Assembly (NCBI GenBank): GCA_026418415.1
Contig: JAOABK010000008.1
Location: 4,245-68,244, forward strand
DNA: 64,000 bases
Direction: 5' to 3'
From: Pseudomonadota bacterium
Lineage (GTDB): Bacteria; CALINM01
Shown: piece by piece, positions 1 to 10,933 of the stretch
How the letters are laid out: each line of letters opens with the position of its first letter
How positions within the stretch are numbered: position 1 is the stretch's first letter
Position numbers and translations under genes: made by a program
Notes under the pieces: generated by a model
The model's input: the letters and a program-made list of their open reading frames with translations, nothing else
The model's database searches: none
Told to the model about the DNA's origin: nothing

Positions 1-1
1 T

Positions 2-844
2 TTAGGAGCTTCCTTAAGAGAGATCATTCCTCTTATGGAAGCATCCTTCCACGAGAACAATATTAATCTAACTTATCAAATACCTACTGAACTTCCTTTA
101 GTATTTTGTAATAGTGGTTTAATACAACAGGCGGTTTTGAATCTACTACAAAATGCCTTTGATGCTATTACGAGCAAAAACAAAGGCGATCATGTGGAAT
201 TAAAAGTTCAGATAGATGAAAAAAACTTATATCTAACAGTCGAAGATAATGGTCCAGGCATACCACCTGAGTTAACTGATAAAATTTTCGAACCCTTTTT
301 TACTACAAAGAGCAAAGGTAAAGGAACAGGGCTTGGTTTATCTTTAATTCACAGAATTGTTCAGATACACAAAGGAGAAATAAAACTTGAAACATCACCA
401 GAGGGAACAAAATTTATAATAATTTTACCCATCAATGAACCAAAAGTATCTATGAATATAATAAAAGATGAGACCCTTGAAAAAATCCAAAATAAAAGGG
501 CCATAATAATTGATGATGACCCAACCATTGTTGATTATTTATCTGATATATTGATGACCTTCAAGTTCATTGTTGATGAGGTTCGTGATAAATCAGAGAG
601 CCTACAACTTTTAAAATCTAACAATTATGACCTTACTATAATAGATATAAAACTACCCGATGGCGATGGATTTGAAATATATAAATATCTACTTGATAAC
701 TATCCGGAGAAGGCAGAAAACGTTGTTTTTATAACTGCCGATGTCTCACTTGATACAAGAGAAAAGCTAAGAAAGACTGGGAAACCATTTTTAATTAAAC
801 CCTTTAGTTTCAATGAACTAATAAATACTTTGAGATTAGCATGA
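2..844 (+). CDS. Hybrid sensor histidine kinase, C-terminal part (HATPase_c + receiver domain); 5' end lies outside the window
   Basis: The frame is open from base 2, with no stop before the Met at 35. Kinase boxes: N box LLQNAFDA, G1 EDNGPGI, F box FEPFFTTK, G2 GTGLGLS. A CheY-like receiver follows (IIIDDDP...[14 protein letters not shown]...KPF). The stop overlaps the next start (ATGA at 841-844). Confidence 0.8.
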   Translation, partial: LGASLREIIPLMEASFHENNINLTYQIPTELPLVFCNSGLIQQAVLNLLQNAFDAITSKNKGDHVELKVQIDEKNLYLTVEDNGPGIPPELTDKIFEPFFTTKSKGKGTGLGLSLIHRIVQIHKGEIKLETSPEGTKFIIILPINEPKVSMNIIKDETLEKIQNKRAIIIDDDPTIVDYLSDILMTFKFIVDEVRDKSESLQLLKSNNYDLTIIDIKLPDGDGFEIYKYLLDNYPEKAENVVFITADVSLDTREKLRKTGKPFLIKPFSFNELINTLRLA

Positions 845-2301
845 GTAAACAACCGAGTGTCATTATAATAGATGATGACGAAGCCCCCAGAGAAATGCTC
901 AAAGACTTTTGTGAAACCTTGGGATATAATGCCTATGCCTTTTCTGACTTAGAGGAGACAAAGAAATTTCTAAAAGATACTCCTGAAATTGACTTAGTTA
1001 TCTTAGACGTATTTATAAAAGGTAAAAATTCACTAAGCTTTATTGACTATTTAAAATCCAACGGTTACATAGAGATTCCAGTAATAATAATAAGTGGTGC
1101 AATAAACCCAGATTTCATACAAGAAGCAATAACAAAAAATGTTTATGATTTTGTCCCAAAACCTTTTACCCTTCAACAAATAAAAGAACGCATTGAAAAT
1201 GCTCTGAATTACTGCTTGATGACCAAACAGCATAAAAAATATTATAGCCACATAGAAAGCCTACTAAAAGAAAGAACTGAAAAGTTAGAGCAACTCGCGA
1301 TACAATCAGTAAAAGCTTTAGCAAATGCTATTGAGGCAAGAGATCCTTATACAAGAGGTCATTCTGAAAGAGTAGCAATGATATCAACGATGATGGGAAG
1401 AGAATTAGGATTAGAAGAAGAAACATTAGCCAAACTCGAATTAGCTGGACTTTTGCATGATGTAGGCAAGGTCGGCATCCCAGATAGAATTCTACTTAAA
1501 CCAGGAAGATTAACCCCTTTTGAATATACAATTATGAAAGAACATTCAAAGATGAGCGCACTAATAGTTTCAGAGATTGATCCTCTAAAAGGTATAGTAT
1601 CTTGGATTAAACATCATCACGAGCACTATGACGGCAATGGATATCCAGACGGTCTTAAAGGGACAGAAATACCCCTTGAATCACAATTGATCGCAATTGC
1701 TGATAATTTTGATGCCATAACTTCAATTAGACCTTATAGAGAAAAGATAACAAAAGATGAGGCTATAAACTATATTGAATCACAGTTTGGGAAAAAATTT
1801 AATCCCGATATTAGAGATATAGCAATCAAAGTTTTGAAAGATTGTGAAATTTGCGGAGAGAAAGAAAGCAAGATTGTTCCATTTATTGAAAAATTTAGGG
1901 AATCGATGATATATATAGATTTTCTTACTGGACTCTTCTGGTACCCCTATTTAAAGAAATTTATTAATGAAACCATCGCAAAAAAACAACCCTTTTTTAT
2001 AGTCTTTGTTGATATACTTGGTATATCTAAGGTAAATAGAGAGCTTGGTAGAATTGCAGGAGACCAATTAATTATAAAGGTTGCAAATGCCTTGACAATG
2101 TATTTTACTCATCCATGTATAGTCGTCAGATCGGGTGGTGATGATTTTATTATTTATGCTCCAATTGATACAAAGACTATCTCAGAGAATTTAGAAAAAA
2201 CAAAAAGGACTTTATCAGGAGAGAACATTGAAATTCATGCCAAAATTCTCGCCTATCCAAGGGATGGATCCTCATATGATGAACTTATATCTCATGCATG
2301 A
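841..2301 (+). CDS. Response regulator with REC, HD-GYP and degenerate GGDEF (GGDDF) domains
   Basis: N-terminal receiver (VIIIDDDE...DLVILDV...PKPF). HD-GYP motifs HDVGKVGIP and HHEHYDGNGYPDGL. C-terminal GGDEF-like fold with VDILGISKVNRELGRIAGDQL and SGGDDF in place of GG(D/E)EF. Confidence 0.8.
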   Translation: MSKQPSVIIIDDDEAPREMLKDFCETLGYNAYAFSDLEETKKFLKDTPEIDLVILDVFIKGKNSLSFIDYLKSNGYIEIPVIIISGAINPDFIQEAITKNVYDFVPKPFTLQQIKERIENALNYCLMTKQHKKYYSHIESLLKERTEKLEQLAIQSVKALANAIEARDPYTRGHSERVAMISTMMGRELGLEEETLAKLELAGLLHDVGKVGIPDRILLKPGRLTPFEYTIMKEHSKMSALIVSEIDPLKGIVSWIKHHHEHYDGNGYPDGLKGTEIPLESQLIAIADNFDAITSIRPYREKITKDEAINYIESQFGKKFNPDIRDIAIKVLKDCEICGEKESKIVPFIEKFRESMIYIDFLTGLFWYPYLKKFINETIAKKQPFFIVFVDILGISKVNRELGRIAGDQLIIKVANALTMYFTHPCIVVRSGGDDFIIYAPIDTKTISENLEKTKRTLSGENIEIHAKILAYPRDGSSYDELISHA

Positions 2302-2424
2302 TTTAAAATCAATTAGAATTATGAAAGAATGATTATATTTCATGCATCCAACCACAACCAAAGCTAAACAACAATATCTATATTGTCCAATTTCTTAGTA
2401 TATGAGTAATAACTTTCAAACTTC

Positions 2425-2454
2425 TTTACAATATGCATAATTTAATCTTATAAT
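2425..2454 (+). promoter_or_regulatory. Putative sigma-70 promoter for tRNA-Arg
   Basis: TTTACA (2425-2430), an 18-nt spacer, then TATAAT (2449-2454). The -10 ends 14 nt upstream of the mature tRNA 5' end. Confidence 0.35.
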
Positions 2455-2468
2455 AACTAAACAACCTT

Positions 2469-2542
<74 letters not shown>

Positions 2543-2592
2543 TAATTTGATTATTTTTTACATCAAACTTGCTCTTTAATTACAACTAAATA

Positions 2593-2991
2593 TCATTTAC
2601 ACTTACCTACCCATTTCCCGGTCATATGCTGAAGCATTTCCATGCCATCTGGCGTTTTAACCCTTGTTTCTCCTTCAAACTTATCATTATTATAAGTTCC
2701 TTTTCCAGTTATAATAGTTTCTCCTCCCTTGTCTTTACATATAATTTTCCAATAAATAGTATTGCCAGAAACTTTCTGCTCTACAACTTTGCATTTTGCA
2801 TTCATCTCTTCTCGTTCTACTGGGACCGCTTTATCTTTAGTAATACATTGTCTAAATGTTTGAGCAGGAATCTGCATAGACATCCCTTTCATTTCCATTT
2901 TTGTTGTCATCTCCCATAAGCCCTCTTTAAGCTCAACTGCTTGAGCTGATGTAACGAGAAAAAAAATTAATATTAAAAAAAATCTTTTCAT
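2593..2991 (-). CDS. Secreted DUF3617-family protein
   Basis: Signal peptide MKRFFLILIFFLVTSAQA. It has the GLWE motif right after the cleavage site, conserved Cys spacing and a C-terminal GKC typical of DUF3617, as far as I recall the family. Confidence 0.65.
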   Translation of the reverse strand: MKRFFLILIFFLVTSAQAVELKEGLWEMTTKMEMKGMSMQIPAQTFRQCITKDKAVPVEREEMNAKCKVVEQKVSGNTIYWKIICKDKGGETIITGKGTYNNDKFEGETRVKTPDGMEMLQHMTGKWVGKCK

Positions 2992-3157
2992 ATTTTTAGC
3001 CCTCTCTTTTTCTTAAAGAATATCACAAAATTTTGATAAAGCAAGGATTGGGAGTTAAGTGTTAGCAGACATAAAAAATCAAGAATTTTAAAGGCTAAAG
3101 CTTTATATGTGGGATATTTACCTCATCTCTACACTTTCTTAATCAAAATTATGAAAT

Positions 3158-4558
3158 TTAGCGTGCACCACGACCTAAGACAACAACCTTAATTGTTTTT
3201 AGAAAAATATAAAGGTCAAGAATTGGTGATAAATGCTTTATATAATAAAGATCATACTGGAGTTTCTCTAAGGCATCTTCTATACTCACTCCGTGCTTAT
3301 AGTTTACCTGAGCCCATCCTGTAATACCAGGCTTTACATTATGTCTGAAACCAAAAAAGGGAATTTCTTTCGTAAATTTCTCAACTTCTTCTGGAATTAA
3401 AGCCCTTGGCCCGATAAAGCTTATTTCTCCTCTCAAAACATTCCACATTTGGGGTATCTCATCAATTCTGAATTTTCTCAACAACCTTCCAACCCTGGTA
3501 ACCCTTGGATCATCTACTTCTCCAGCTTTATCTCTAAAACTTTCATGTCCCACTTTCATTGTTCTAAGTTTATAAGAGGTAAAAAGTTTACCATCTTTGC
3601 CAACCCTCTTTTGTCGAAAAATTACTGGCAAGCCATCATCAATAATTATTAGTAGCATAGCAAACAAGAGTACTGGAAGACTTAACAGAAGACCAACAAA
3701 AGCTACTACACTATCAATAACCCCCTTTAGTCTTGTATTATAAACTGTTTTTTTTAGCCCATAGAGTCTACTTGCAATAAACCATTCATAATCAATAAAA
3801 TTAACAGGAACCTTTCCAAAAACCTCCTCATAATAAGTTGGCATATCAATGACGTCCACATTTTTTGATTTACAATAGAGCATACATTTTAAAATATCTT
3901 CAGTTAGCTTTTCTTTTGTTGCTATCACTACTAAATCGACATTATCTAAAAATTTAGGATTCATTAGAGTACTACAACTTTCTACCATTACTGGGTGAAA
4001 ATAAAAATTATTAAAGGCCTCTACTGGCTCTATAAAGGACTTTATATGGATATGATCTTTTTCTTTTAATGCCTCATACAAAAATCTCGCTTCACTGCCT
4101 GTTCCAACTATTATTACATTTTTAGAACCAATAATTATCTTTAGAACTATTTTCTCAAAAAAGTACCTTACTAAAAAACAAAAAATATAAATATAAAAAA
4201 CTGTTAAAATTAAAACACTTCTACCTGTTTTTAAATAAGGCAAGAAATAAAAAATGGTTGAGAGTAATAAAAATCCTACTAAACACCCAGCTTGAAACTT
4301 AAGAAAAAATCTTACATTACCAAAAGACTGACGCAAATCATAAAAATCAAAAATATAAAAAATAAGAGTATAAATTACTACAATAAGAAGAAGTTGGAAG
4401 AATAAAATATCACTTAAAACCAACTTTTGAAATCTAATTGCATTGCTTAAGACAAAAGCCAGAGAAAGGAATAAAACATCTAAAATAAAGAGCATGAACT
4501 TCTTTTTAGGAAAATATAACATAGAATAACTTATATCAGAAAAACTTAAAGATTTCAA
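3158..4558 (-). CDS. Polyprenyl-phosphate glycosyl-1-phosphate transferase (bacterial sugar transferase, WbaP/EpsL-like)
   Basis: Several N-terminal TM helices and a central Rossmann-like segment (VIIVGTGSEA). C-terminal sugar-transferase domain (DEIPQMWNVLRGEISFIGPRA...GITGWAQVN...DLYYIKH). The track start is TTG; in-frame ATGs at 4522 and 4495 are alternative starts. Confidence 0.85.
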   Translation of the reverse strand: MKSLSFSDISYSMLYFPKKKFMLFILDVLFLSLAFVLSNAIRFQKLVLSDILFFQLLLIVVIYTLIFYIFDFYDLRQSFGNVRFFLKFQAGCLVGFLLLSTIFYFLPYLKTGRSVLILTVFYIYIFCFLVRYFFEKIVLKIIIGSKNVIIVGTGSEARFLYEALKEKDHIHIKSFIEPVEAFNNFYFHPVMVESCSTLMNPKFLDNVDLVVIATKEKLTEDILKCMLYCKSKNVDVIDMPTYYEEVFGKVPVNFIDYEWFIASRLYGLKKTVYNTRLKGVIDSVVAFVGLLLSLPVLLFAMLLIIIDDGLPVIFRQKRVGKDGKLFTSYKLRTMKVGHESFRDKAGEVDDPRVTRVGRLLRKFRIDEIPQMWNVLRGEISFIGPRALIPEEVEKFTKEIPFFGFRHNVKPGITGWAQVNYKHGVSIEDALEKLQYDLYYIKHLSPILDLYIFLKTIKVVVLGRGAR

Positions 4559-4623
4559 ATTTTTAATGAAATAAAAAATTAATTTTGTAATCTTTTTAAA
4601 ATATATTGAAACGAATTTATAAT

Positions 4624-5472
4624 CTATTTTTTTATTCTATATTTTTTTAGAAGTATATCTGGTTCATAAGATTTTTTGGCAAGCCTAAGATTCTCTTTGT
4701 CCAGGTCTTGTTCAAAGTTAACAAACTTATATTTTTCTGGCAAAATTTTAGCAAAACTATTGAACATAAACTGATAAATCCCCTTGTATTCAACCAATCC
4801 CTTTGCAAAATGTAGGGCAAAAGTATCATAACAAAGCTCTTCTCCTATGATGAACCCAGCAGGTTTTTTATCAATATAATAAATATAGCCACACAAAATT
4901 AATTCATCATATAGATTTAACGCTTCTAAACAGGCTTTATAATCTGTATCTTCTTTTGGTTGATTTGATTCCTCCTGCCATTTTTCTAATACCTCTTTTG
5001 CTTCAATTAGTCTTTCTCCAAACAGTGGCAGAGCTTCACATATATAGTTTTTTTCAAATTGATGTAGTAGATTCCTTTTAGAATGTAATTTTTTCCCAGC
5101 AAAGGTCCTTAATTTTTCAATTTCATAAACATAGTCTGTATCGCCATCTTTATATTCTATTACATAGCCTTTATTGTTAAATTTACCTAACCAGTTTTCA
5201 TCTATCGGAAAGATTAAGTCCACATGATTTAATAAATCGTTAAAAACATTATCTCCAATTTCGTTTAAATCACTAACTGGCATAATATAACTCATGCCAT
5301 CATAAGAATATCCTTTTATAAAAATAAGGTTATCTAAAAAAAGCACTTCATACTTATGTGTATCTCTAAAAAGATAAATGTTTGCAAAACTATACTCTGC
5401 AATTTTAGTATCCTTTTTTAGTTTTTTAAATAGTAGATTTTTGTGTTCCAAAGCTAATATTTCTGTCTTCAT
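4624..5472 (-). CDS. Stand-alone DUF2156 protein (MprF C-terminal / aminoacyl-phosphatidylglycerol-synthase-like fold)
   Basis: N-terminal SFANIYLFRD motif and C-terminal NLRLAKKSYEP motif resemble the LPG_synthase_C family. It has no TM flippase domain. Confidence 0.6.
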   Translation of the reverse strand: MKTEILALEHKNLLFKKLKKDTKIAEYSFANIYLFRDTHKYEVLFLDNLIFIKGYSYDGMSYIMPVSDLNEIGDNVFNDLLNHVDLIFPIDENWLGKFNNKGYVIEYKDGDTDYVYEIEKLRTFAGKKLHSKRNLLHQFEKNYICEALPLFGERLIEAKEVLEKWQEESNQPKEDTDYKACLEALNLYDELILCGYIYYIDKKPAGFIIGEELCYDTFALHFAKGLVEYKGIYQFMFNSFAKILPEKYKFVNFEQDLDKENLRLAKKSYEPDILLKKYRIKK

Positions 5473-5984
5473 ATATATTCAATTAACTCCTTTTTAGATC
5501 TTCTATCAGTTAAATAGGGTTCTTCATCGGGATAACCCATTGGCAATATAACTACTGGTCTTAAATTCTCTGATAAATTAAGTATCTGAGAAACCTCTTT
5601 CTCATTAAAGGCACCAATCCAAACTGTACCAAGACCATATTCTTCTGCAACGAGCATAGCAAAGGAAACACTTATTGCAACATCCTGAATTGAATATAAT
5701 TTTACACCCCTTTCCCCATATCTATGTTGAATAGAGCTGTCGGTACATCCCACTATAACAACCGGTGCTTCCGCTATAAACATCTGAGAGAGCGATGCCC
5801 TTGCTATCTCGATTTTTATCTTCCTATCTTTTACAAAATAAAATTTTCTTGCCTGTAAGTTCCCTGCACTTGGAGCTAATATCAAAGCAGATTCAATATC
5901 CTTCAATATATTTTCAGGTATCTCTTTATTTTGATATGCCCTAATACTATGCCTCTTTTTTATTATTTCCAAAACTTTTGACAT
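5469..5984 (-). CDS. Nitroreductase family protein
   Basis: KRHSIRAY motif near the N-terminus, SAGNLQ, about 170 aa. 4-nt overlap with the downstream gene. Confidence 0.8.
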   Translation of the reverse strand: MSKVLEIIKKRHSIRAYQNKEIPENILKDIESALILAPSAGNLQARKFYFVKDRKIKIEIARASLSQMFIAEAPVVIVGCTDSSIQHRYGERGVKLYSIQDVAISVSFAMLVAEEYGLGTVWIGAFNEKEVSQILNLSENLRPVVILPMGYPDEEPYLTDRRSKKELIEYI

Positions 5985-5986
5985 AC

Positions 5987-7288
5987 TTAGCCTTCTTTAT
6001 CTTCATTAACTTTTTCGAGTTTTATCTTAACTATTCTTTGTCCAGCCATTTCAATTATCTTAAGCCTTAACCCATTTACTTCAATTATATCCCCCTTCAC
6101 TGGAATCCTTTGCAAATAGGTTAATATGAAGCCTGCTATCGACTCATATTCGCTCGATTCCTCGAGAGGGATGTTATAATCTTCTCTTAAATCTGAGATG
6201 CTTGTTGCAGCATCTATGATTAAGCTACCATCATTTAATTGAATTACTGGGCTTTCAGTATCATACTCATCCCTTATCTCACCAACTATTTCTTCAAGTA
6301 AATCTTCCATTGTTACAAGCCCTGAAACAGCTCCGTACTCATCAACCACTATTGCCATATGGAATCTTCTTCTTTGCATTTCTCTCATAAGGTTACTTAT
6401 CTTCATTGTTTCTGGAATAAAAAGTGGAGGTTTAATAATTTTTCTTAGATTTACCGTACCTGTCTTTAATAAACTGTTATAAAAATCCTTTGCATAAAGT
6501 ATTCCCTTAATATCATTAACCTCCTGTCCAATAACAGGATAACGTGAAAACTTTTCTTCTATTATAATCTGCTTCATTTCTTCTAAAGGCATATCGATCT
6601 TAACCGTAACCATCTGAGGAGCAGGAATCATAACTTCCTTTACAAAAGTATCTGTAAACTCAAAAACACTATGAATTAATTCTCTTTCATCGGGCTCAAA
6701 AATACCTTGTTCTCCACCCTCTTCAACAAGAAGTTTAACCTCTTCTTCCGATATAAATGCCCTCTCTGTAAAAGCTTTTTTTCCAAAGGGCTTTAAAATA
6801 AAATTTGTACTTAATGAAAAAATCTTTACGAAAAACCCAGCAACTTTTGAAAACGAATGAACTATGGGGGAAACAAAAAGTGCGATGCTTTCTGGGTTGG
6901 CAAGGGCAATTGATTTTGGCACAAGTTCACCAAAAATAATGGAAAAATAGGTTACAAAAATAACAACAATACTTATTGCTATCGCTTCACTCGACTTTGA
7001 AATTATAGATATGGGAACTTCTTGAAGCAATGGTTTTATCTTATCTATAGCGGTTGCACCACCTATTGCTGACGCAACTGCTCCAGCACAAGTTACACCA
7101 AACTGAATGGTAGCAAGAAATTTATCGGGATTATGTCTTAGCTCATAAAGCGATTTGGCATTAGTTTTACCTTCTTCTAAAAGTTGCTTTATTCTGCTTT
7201 TTCTGACAGTAACTACTGCAATCTCTGATGCTGCAAAAAAACCATTAATAAGAACAAAAATTAAAATTAGTACAATCTCAAGAAGCAT
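5987..7288 (-). CDS. CNNM/HlyC-CorC family transporter (DUF21 + CBS pair + CorC_HlyC)
   Basis: N-terminal DUF21 TM domain (FFAASEIAV), a CBS pair, and a C-terminal CorC/HlyC transporter-associated domain (ESIAGFIL...G..I). Confidence 0.85.
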   Translation of the reverse strand: MLLEIVLILIFVLINGFFAASEIAVVTVRKSRIKQLLEEGKTNAKSLYELRHNPDKFLATIQFGVTCAGAVASAIGGATAIDKIKPLLQEVPISIISKSSEAIAISIVVIFVTYFSIIFGELVPKSIALANPESIALFVSPIVHSFSKVAGFFVKIFSLSTNFILKPFGKKAFTERAFISEEEVKLLVEEGGEQGIFEPDERELIHSVFEFTDTFVKEVMIPAPQMVTVKIDMPLEEMKQIIIEEKFSRYPVIGQEVNDIKGILYAKDFYNSLLKTGTVNLRKIIKPPLFIPETMKISNLMREMQRRRFHMAIVVDEYGAVSGLVTMEDLLEEIVGEIRDEYDTESPVIQLNDGSLIIDAATSISDLREDYNIPLEESSEYESIAGFILTYLQRIPVKGDIIEVNGLRLKIIEMAGQRIVKIKLEKVNEDKEG

Positions 7289-7320
7289 TTAATTCTATAT
7301 TATATCAACCATTTTTATCT

Positions 7321-8178
7321 TTACAACCTCTTTAGCATTCTGAATTCCATTAAACAATTAATAAAGGAGTTTGCATTTTTGAAAAAAATATTATTTTTTT
7401 CTTCCTCAGTTAAAGAGAGTTCTTCTATTACCTGAACACTCCTTTCATAGCTATGACAAATTCCCGGAAAATCACTTCCAAAAAATATCTTATGAGAAGC
7501 CTTTTTAATAAGCTCTATCGGAGCACTCATAATATTAGTCGGATTAGCAATAAAAGTATAAGATGTATCAAGATATAAGTTTTCATAATATAAAGAAGCT
7601 TCTAAAAATTCCTTTTCTTCAAAAGCTCCTAAATGAGCGACAACACATTTTAATTTGGGGAATTTTTTCAAAACCCCTTCAAATTTTTTAAAACCAACAA
7701 ACTCATTGGGAAAGGGACCAGTACCAGCATGGAATAAAATAAAACCCTGATTTTCAATAACTGTTTCATAGACCTTATATAATCTTTCATCATTTGGAGA
7801 AACCTTCTGTACCTGACAATGGAGTTTAAAACCTATTAATCCATAAGAAAAGGCTTTTTTTATTACTGACACTAAATTATCATCCTCTTGATGAAAACAT
7901 CCTAAAGGAATAGCCTTTTTATAGATTTTACTTAAACTACCATAAAACTTGTTTAAATCATCAGAAATATTAGGTTTATGGGCATAACCAAAACAAATAT
8001 ATTTGGCAATTCTACTATTATTTTCAAGAAAATTTAAAACATCCCTTGAAGAACCTTTAAAATAAAACTCCCATCCCACATTTTTAACAAACCAGTTCTT
8101 AATCGCTTCATATAGTTTATCTGGAAAAACATGGGTATGAAAATCAATTAAATTACCGTTATACATTGTTATTATCAT
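7321..8178 (-). CDS. Amidohydrolase-2 family metal-dependent hydrolase
   Basis: IDFHTHVFP metal-binding HxH near the N-terminus, with later HCQ, HLG and FGSDFP motifs. About 285 aa, TIM-barrel hydrolase pattern. Confidence 0.7.
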   Translation of the reverse strand: MIITMYNGNLIDFHTHVFPDKLYEAIKNWFVKNVGWEFYFKGSSRDVLNFLENNSRIAKYICFGYAHKPNISDDLNKFYGSLSKIYKKAIPLGCFHQEDDNLVSVIKKAFSYGLIGFKLHCQVQKVSPNDERLYKVYETVIENQGFILFHAGTGPFPNEFVGFKKFEGVLKKFPKLKCVVAHLGAFEEKEFLEASLYYENLYLDTSYTFIANPTNIMSAPIELIKKASHKIFFGSDFPGICHSYERSVQVIEELSLTEEEKNNIFFKNANSFINCLMEFRMLKRL

Positions 8179-8356
8179 TTTATCACAAAGGCATTAGATA
8201 TATTCCTTTTATTTTTTAAATGGCATATTTTTAACTTATTAAAAACCCTCTGAATAAAAGATCTCCTGCTTATGCACTAACAAATTCCTTGAGAAATAAA
8301 ACTCTTTGTGTTAAAAGAATATTCTAATCTTTATCAATAGGAGGCATGTTTTTAGT

Positions 8357-10933
8357 ATGGAAAGCCGTTATAATCCCCATGAGATAGAACCAAAATGGCT
8401 AAAGATATGGGAAGAACAAAAAATCTATTCATCTAAGGCTGACAAATCCAAGCCCAAATATTATGTCCTTGAAATGTTCCCCTATCCATCTGGAAAAATT
8501 CATATGGGACATGTAAGAAACTATACAATCGGTGATGTGGTAGCAAGAATTAAAAAAATGGAAGGCTATAATATTTTACATCCCATGGGGTGGGATGCCT
8601 TTGGACTTCCTGCTGAAAATGCAGCGATTGAAAAGGGAGTTCATCCAGCAAAATGGACCTATGAGAACATAGATTTTATGAAGAAACAACTTATAAGGCT
8701 TGGGTTTTCCTATGACTGGGGCAGAGAATTGGCTACTTGTAAACCAGAATATTACAAATGGGAACAGTTAATTTTTATAAAGATGTTTGAAAAGGGACTT
8801 GCATACAAAAAGAAATCACCTGTTAATTGGTGCAATAAATGTAATACTGTTCTTGCAAATGAACAAGTTGAAGGCGGTGCATGTTGGAGATGTGGAACTA
8901 CTATTGAAATCAAAGAGTTAGAACAATGGTTCTTTAAAATTACTGAATACACAGAAGAGCTACTTGAATGGTGTGACAAACTCAAAGGATGGCCAGAAAA
9001 AGTACTACTAATGCAGAAAAACTGGATAGGAAAAAGTTATGGATGTGAGATTGATTTCCCCCTCGAAGACGGATCAGGTAAAATAACAGTATTTACAACA
9101 AGACAAGATACCGTGTTTGGAGCAACCTTTATGAGTTTGGCTCCAGAACATCCAATAATTCCAAAGCTTTGTAAGGGTAAAAAGGAGGAAAGAGAAGTAA
9201 TTGCATATTTAGAAAAATCAAAAACCCTTACAGCATTGCAAAGACAGGCAGCAGAATATGAAAAAGAAGGTGTCTTTACCGGGAGTTATTGTATAAATCC
9301 TTTTACTGGTCTGAAAATGCCTATTTACGTAGCAAATTTTGTCCTGATGGAATACGGTACAGGTGCTGTTATGGCAGTCCCAGCCCATGACGAAAGGGAT
9401 TTTCAATTTGCAAAAAAATATAATCTTCCAATCATCGTAGTAATTCAACCCAAAGAAAAAACATTAAAGCCCGATGAAATGGATAGAGCATATACAGAAA
9501 GCGGCTATTTGATCAATTCAGGAGAGTTCAATGGATTATTTAATGAAGAAGCAAAAGAAAAAATTGCCCTTGAATTAGAAAAAAGAAGCATAGGTAGAAA
9601 AAAAATAAATTATAGGCTTCGCGATTGGGGCATATCAAGACAAAGATACTGGGGCGCTCCAATTCCTGTAATTTATTGCGATAAATGTGGAATGGTTCCA
9701 GTACCTGAAAAAGATCTTCCTGTAGTTTTACCAGAAAATGTTAATATAACAGGTCAGGGCTCTTCTCCTCTTGCTGAAGTCCCTGAGTTTGTAAACACTA
9801 CATGCCCAAAATGTGGTGACAAAGCTAAAAGAGATACAGATACCATGGATACTTTTGTAGAATCTTCTTGGTATTTTCTCAGATTTGCATCACCCAAATA
9901 CGATAAGGGCATGTTTGACAGAGAAGAAGTTGATTACTGGCTTCCAGTAGATCAATACATCGGTGGTGTTGAGCATGCAATATTGCATTTGCTTTATTCT
10001 CGTTTCTACGTAAAAGTCCTAAGAGATTTGGGAATGCTTAACTTTGACGAGCCCTTCACAAATTTGTTAACCCAGGGTATGGTATGCATGGAAAGTTATC
10101 GTTGTTCTAATCATGGCTACTTATTTCCCGATGAAGTAGATAAAGGTACTAAGAATATATGCAAAAAATGTGGAGAAGAAGTAACCATAGGAAGAGTGGA
10201 AAAAATGTCAAAATCTAAAAAGAATGTTATAGATCCAGACACTCTTGTTAAAGAGTACGGTGCTGATACAACAAGACTTTTCTGTCTTTTTGCTGCACCA
10301 CCAGAGAAAGACTTAGAATGGTCTGAGACTGGCGTCGAGGGCTGTCATAGATTTATTCAAAGGCTTTGGAGGCTCTTTCATAACTGGTATGAACATATAG
10401 AAAATCCAACAGATACATCTGAACCCAATACAGACGAACCAAAGGCAAAAGAAATTATCAGATTTGTTCACAAAACTATAAAAAGAGTAACCGATGATGC
10501 CCAAAAGAGATTTCATTTTAATACAGCAATTAGTGCAGTTATGGAACTTGTTAATTTTCTATACTCTTTTAACACGACAACAGATAAAAACCTTTCACCT
10601 GTTATTAGATTTGCCTTACAAAAGATACTTATACTTATGCATCCTTTTATACCCTTTGTAACAGAAGAATTATGGAGCAAATTGGGCTTTCAAAATAGTT
10701 TATATCTTGAAAAATGGCCTGCATATAACCCTGACATGATAGGAGATGAGATTATTACTATTGTTGTGCAGATAAATGGAAAGGTTAGAGGTAAATATGA
10801 CTTTCCAGCCGATTTAGATCAAGCAAATATGGAAGAAGCAATCCTTAGGGACGAAAAAATTAAACAATACATAAAAGGAGAAGTGAAAAAAATTATATGG
10901 GTTCCGAAAAAACTTGTAAATATTATTTGCTAA
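8357..10933 (+). CDS. leuS: Leucyl-tRNA synthetase
   Basis: [15 protein letters not shown] (HIGH), KMSKSKKN (KMSKS), CP1 editing domain, 858 aa. AGGAGG sits 11 nt upstream of the ATG. Confidence 0.97.
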   Translation: MESRYNPHEIEPKWLKIWEEQKIYSSKADKSKPKYYVLEMFPYPSGKIHMGHVRNYTIGDVVARIKKMEGYNILHPMGWDAFGLPAENAAIEKGVHPAKWTYENIDFMKKQLIRLGFSYDWGRELATCKPEYYKWEQLIFIKMFEKGLAYKKKSPVNWCNKCNTVLANEQVEGGACWRCGTTIEIKELEQWFFKITEYTEELLEWCDKLKGWPEKVLLMQKNWIGKSYGCEIDFPLEDGSGKITVFTTRQDTVFGATFMSLAPEHPIIPKLCKGKKEEREVIAYLEKSKTLTALQRQAAEYEKEGVFTGSYCINPFTGLKMPIYVANFVLMEYGTGAVMAVPAHDERDFQFAKKYNLPIIVVIQPKEKTLKPDEMDRAYTESGYLINSGEFNGLFNEEAKEKIALELEKRSIGRKKINYRLRDWGISRQRYWGAPIPVIYCDKCGMVPVPEKDLPVVLPENVNITGQGSSPLAEVPEFVNTTCPKCGDKAKRDTDTMDTFVESSWYFLRFASPKYDKGMFDREEVDYWLPVDQYIGGVEHAILHLLYSRFYVKVLRDLGMLNFDEPFTNLLTQGMVCMESYRCSNHGYLFPDEVDKGTKNICKKCGEEVTIGRVEKMSKSKKNVIDPDTLVKEYGADTTRLFCLFAAPPEKDLEWSETGVEGCHRFIQRLWRLFHNWYEHIENPTDTSEPNTDEPKAKEIIRFVHKTIKRVTDDAQKRFHFNTAISAVMELVNFLYSFNTTTDKNLSPVIRFALQKILILMHPFIPFVTEELWSKLGFQNSLYLEKWPAYNPDMIGDEIITIVVQINGKVRGKYDFPADLDQANMEEAILRDEKIKQYIKGEVKKIIWVPKKLVNIIC

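Noticed and set aside
8179-8356. Possible leader RNA, T-box or sigma-54 site (TGGCAT at about 8221) upstream of leuS.
   Set aside because: No TTGC -12 element sits at the right spacing. I found no specifier/antiterminator-type helices and no stable stems when reading the region.
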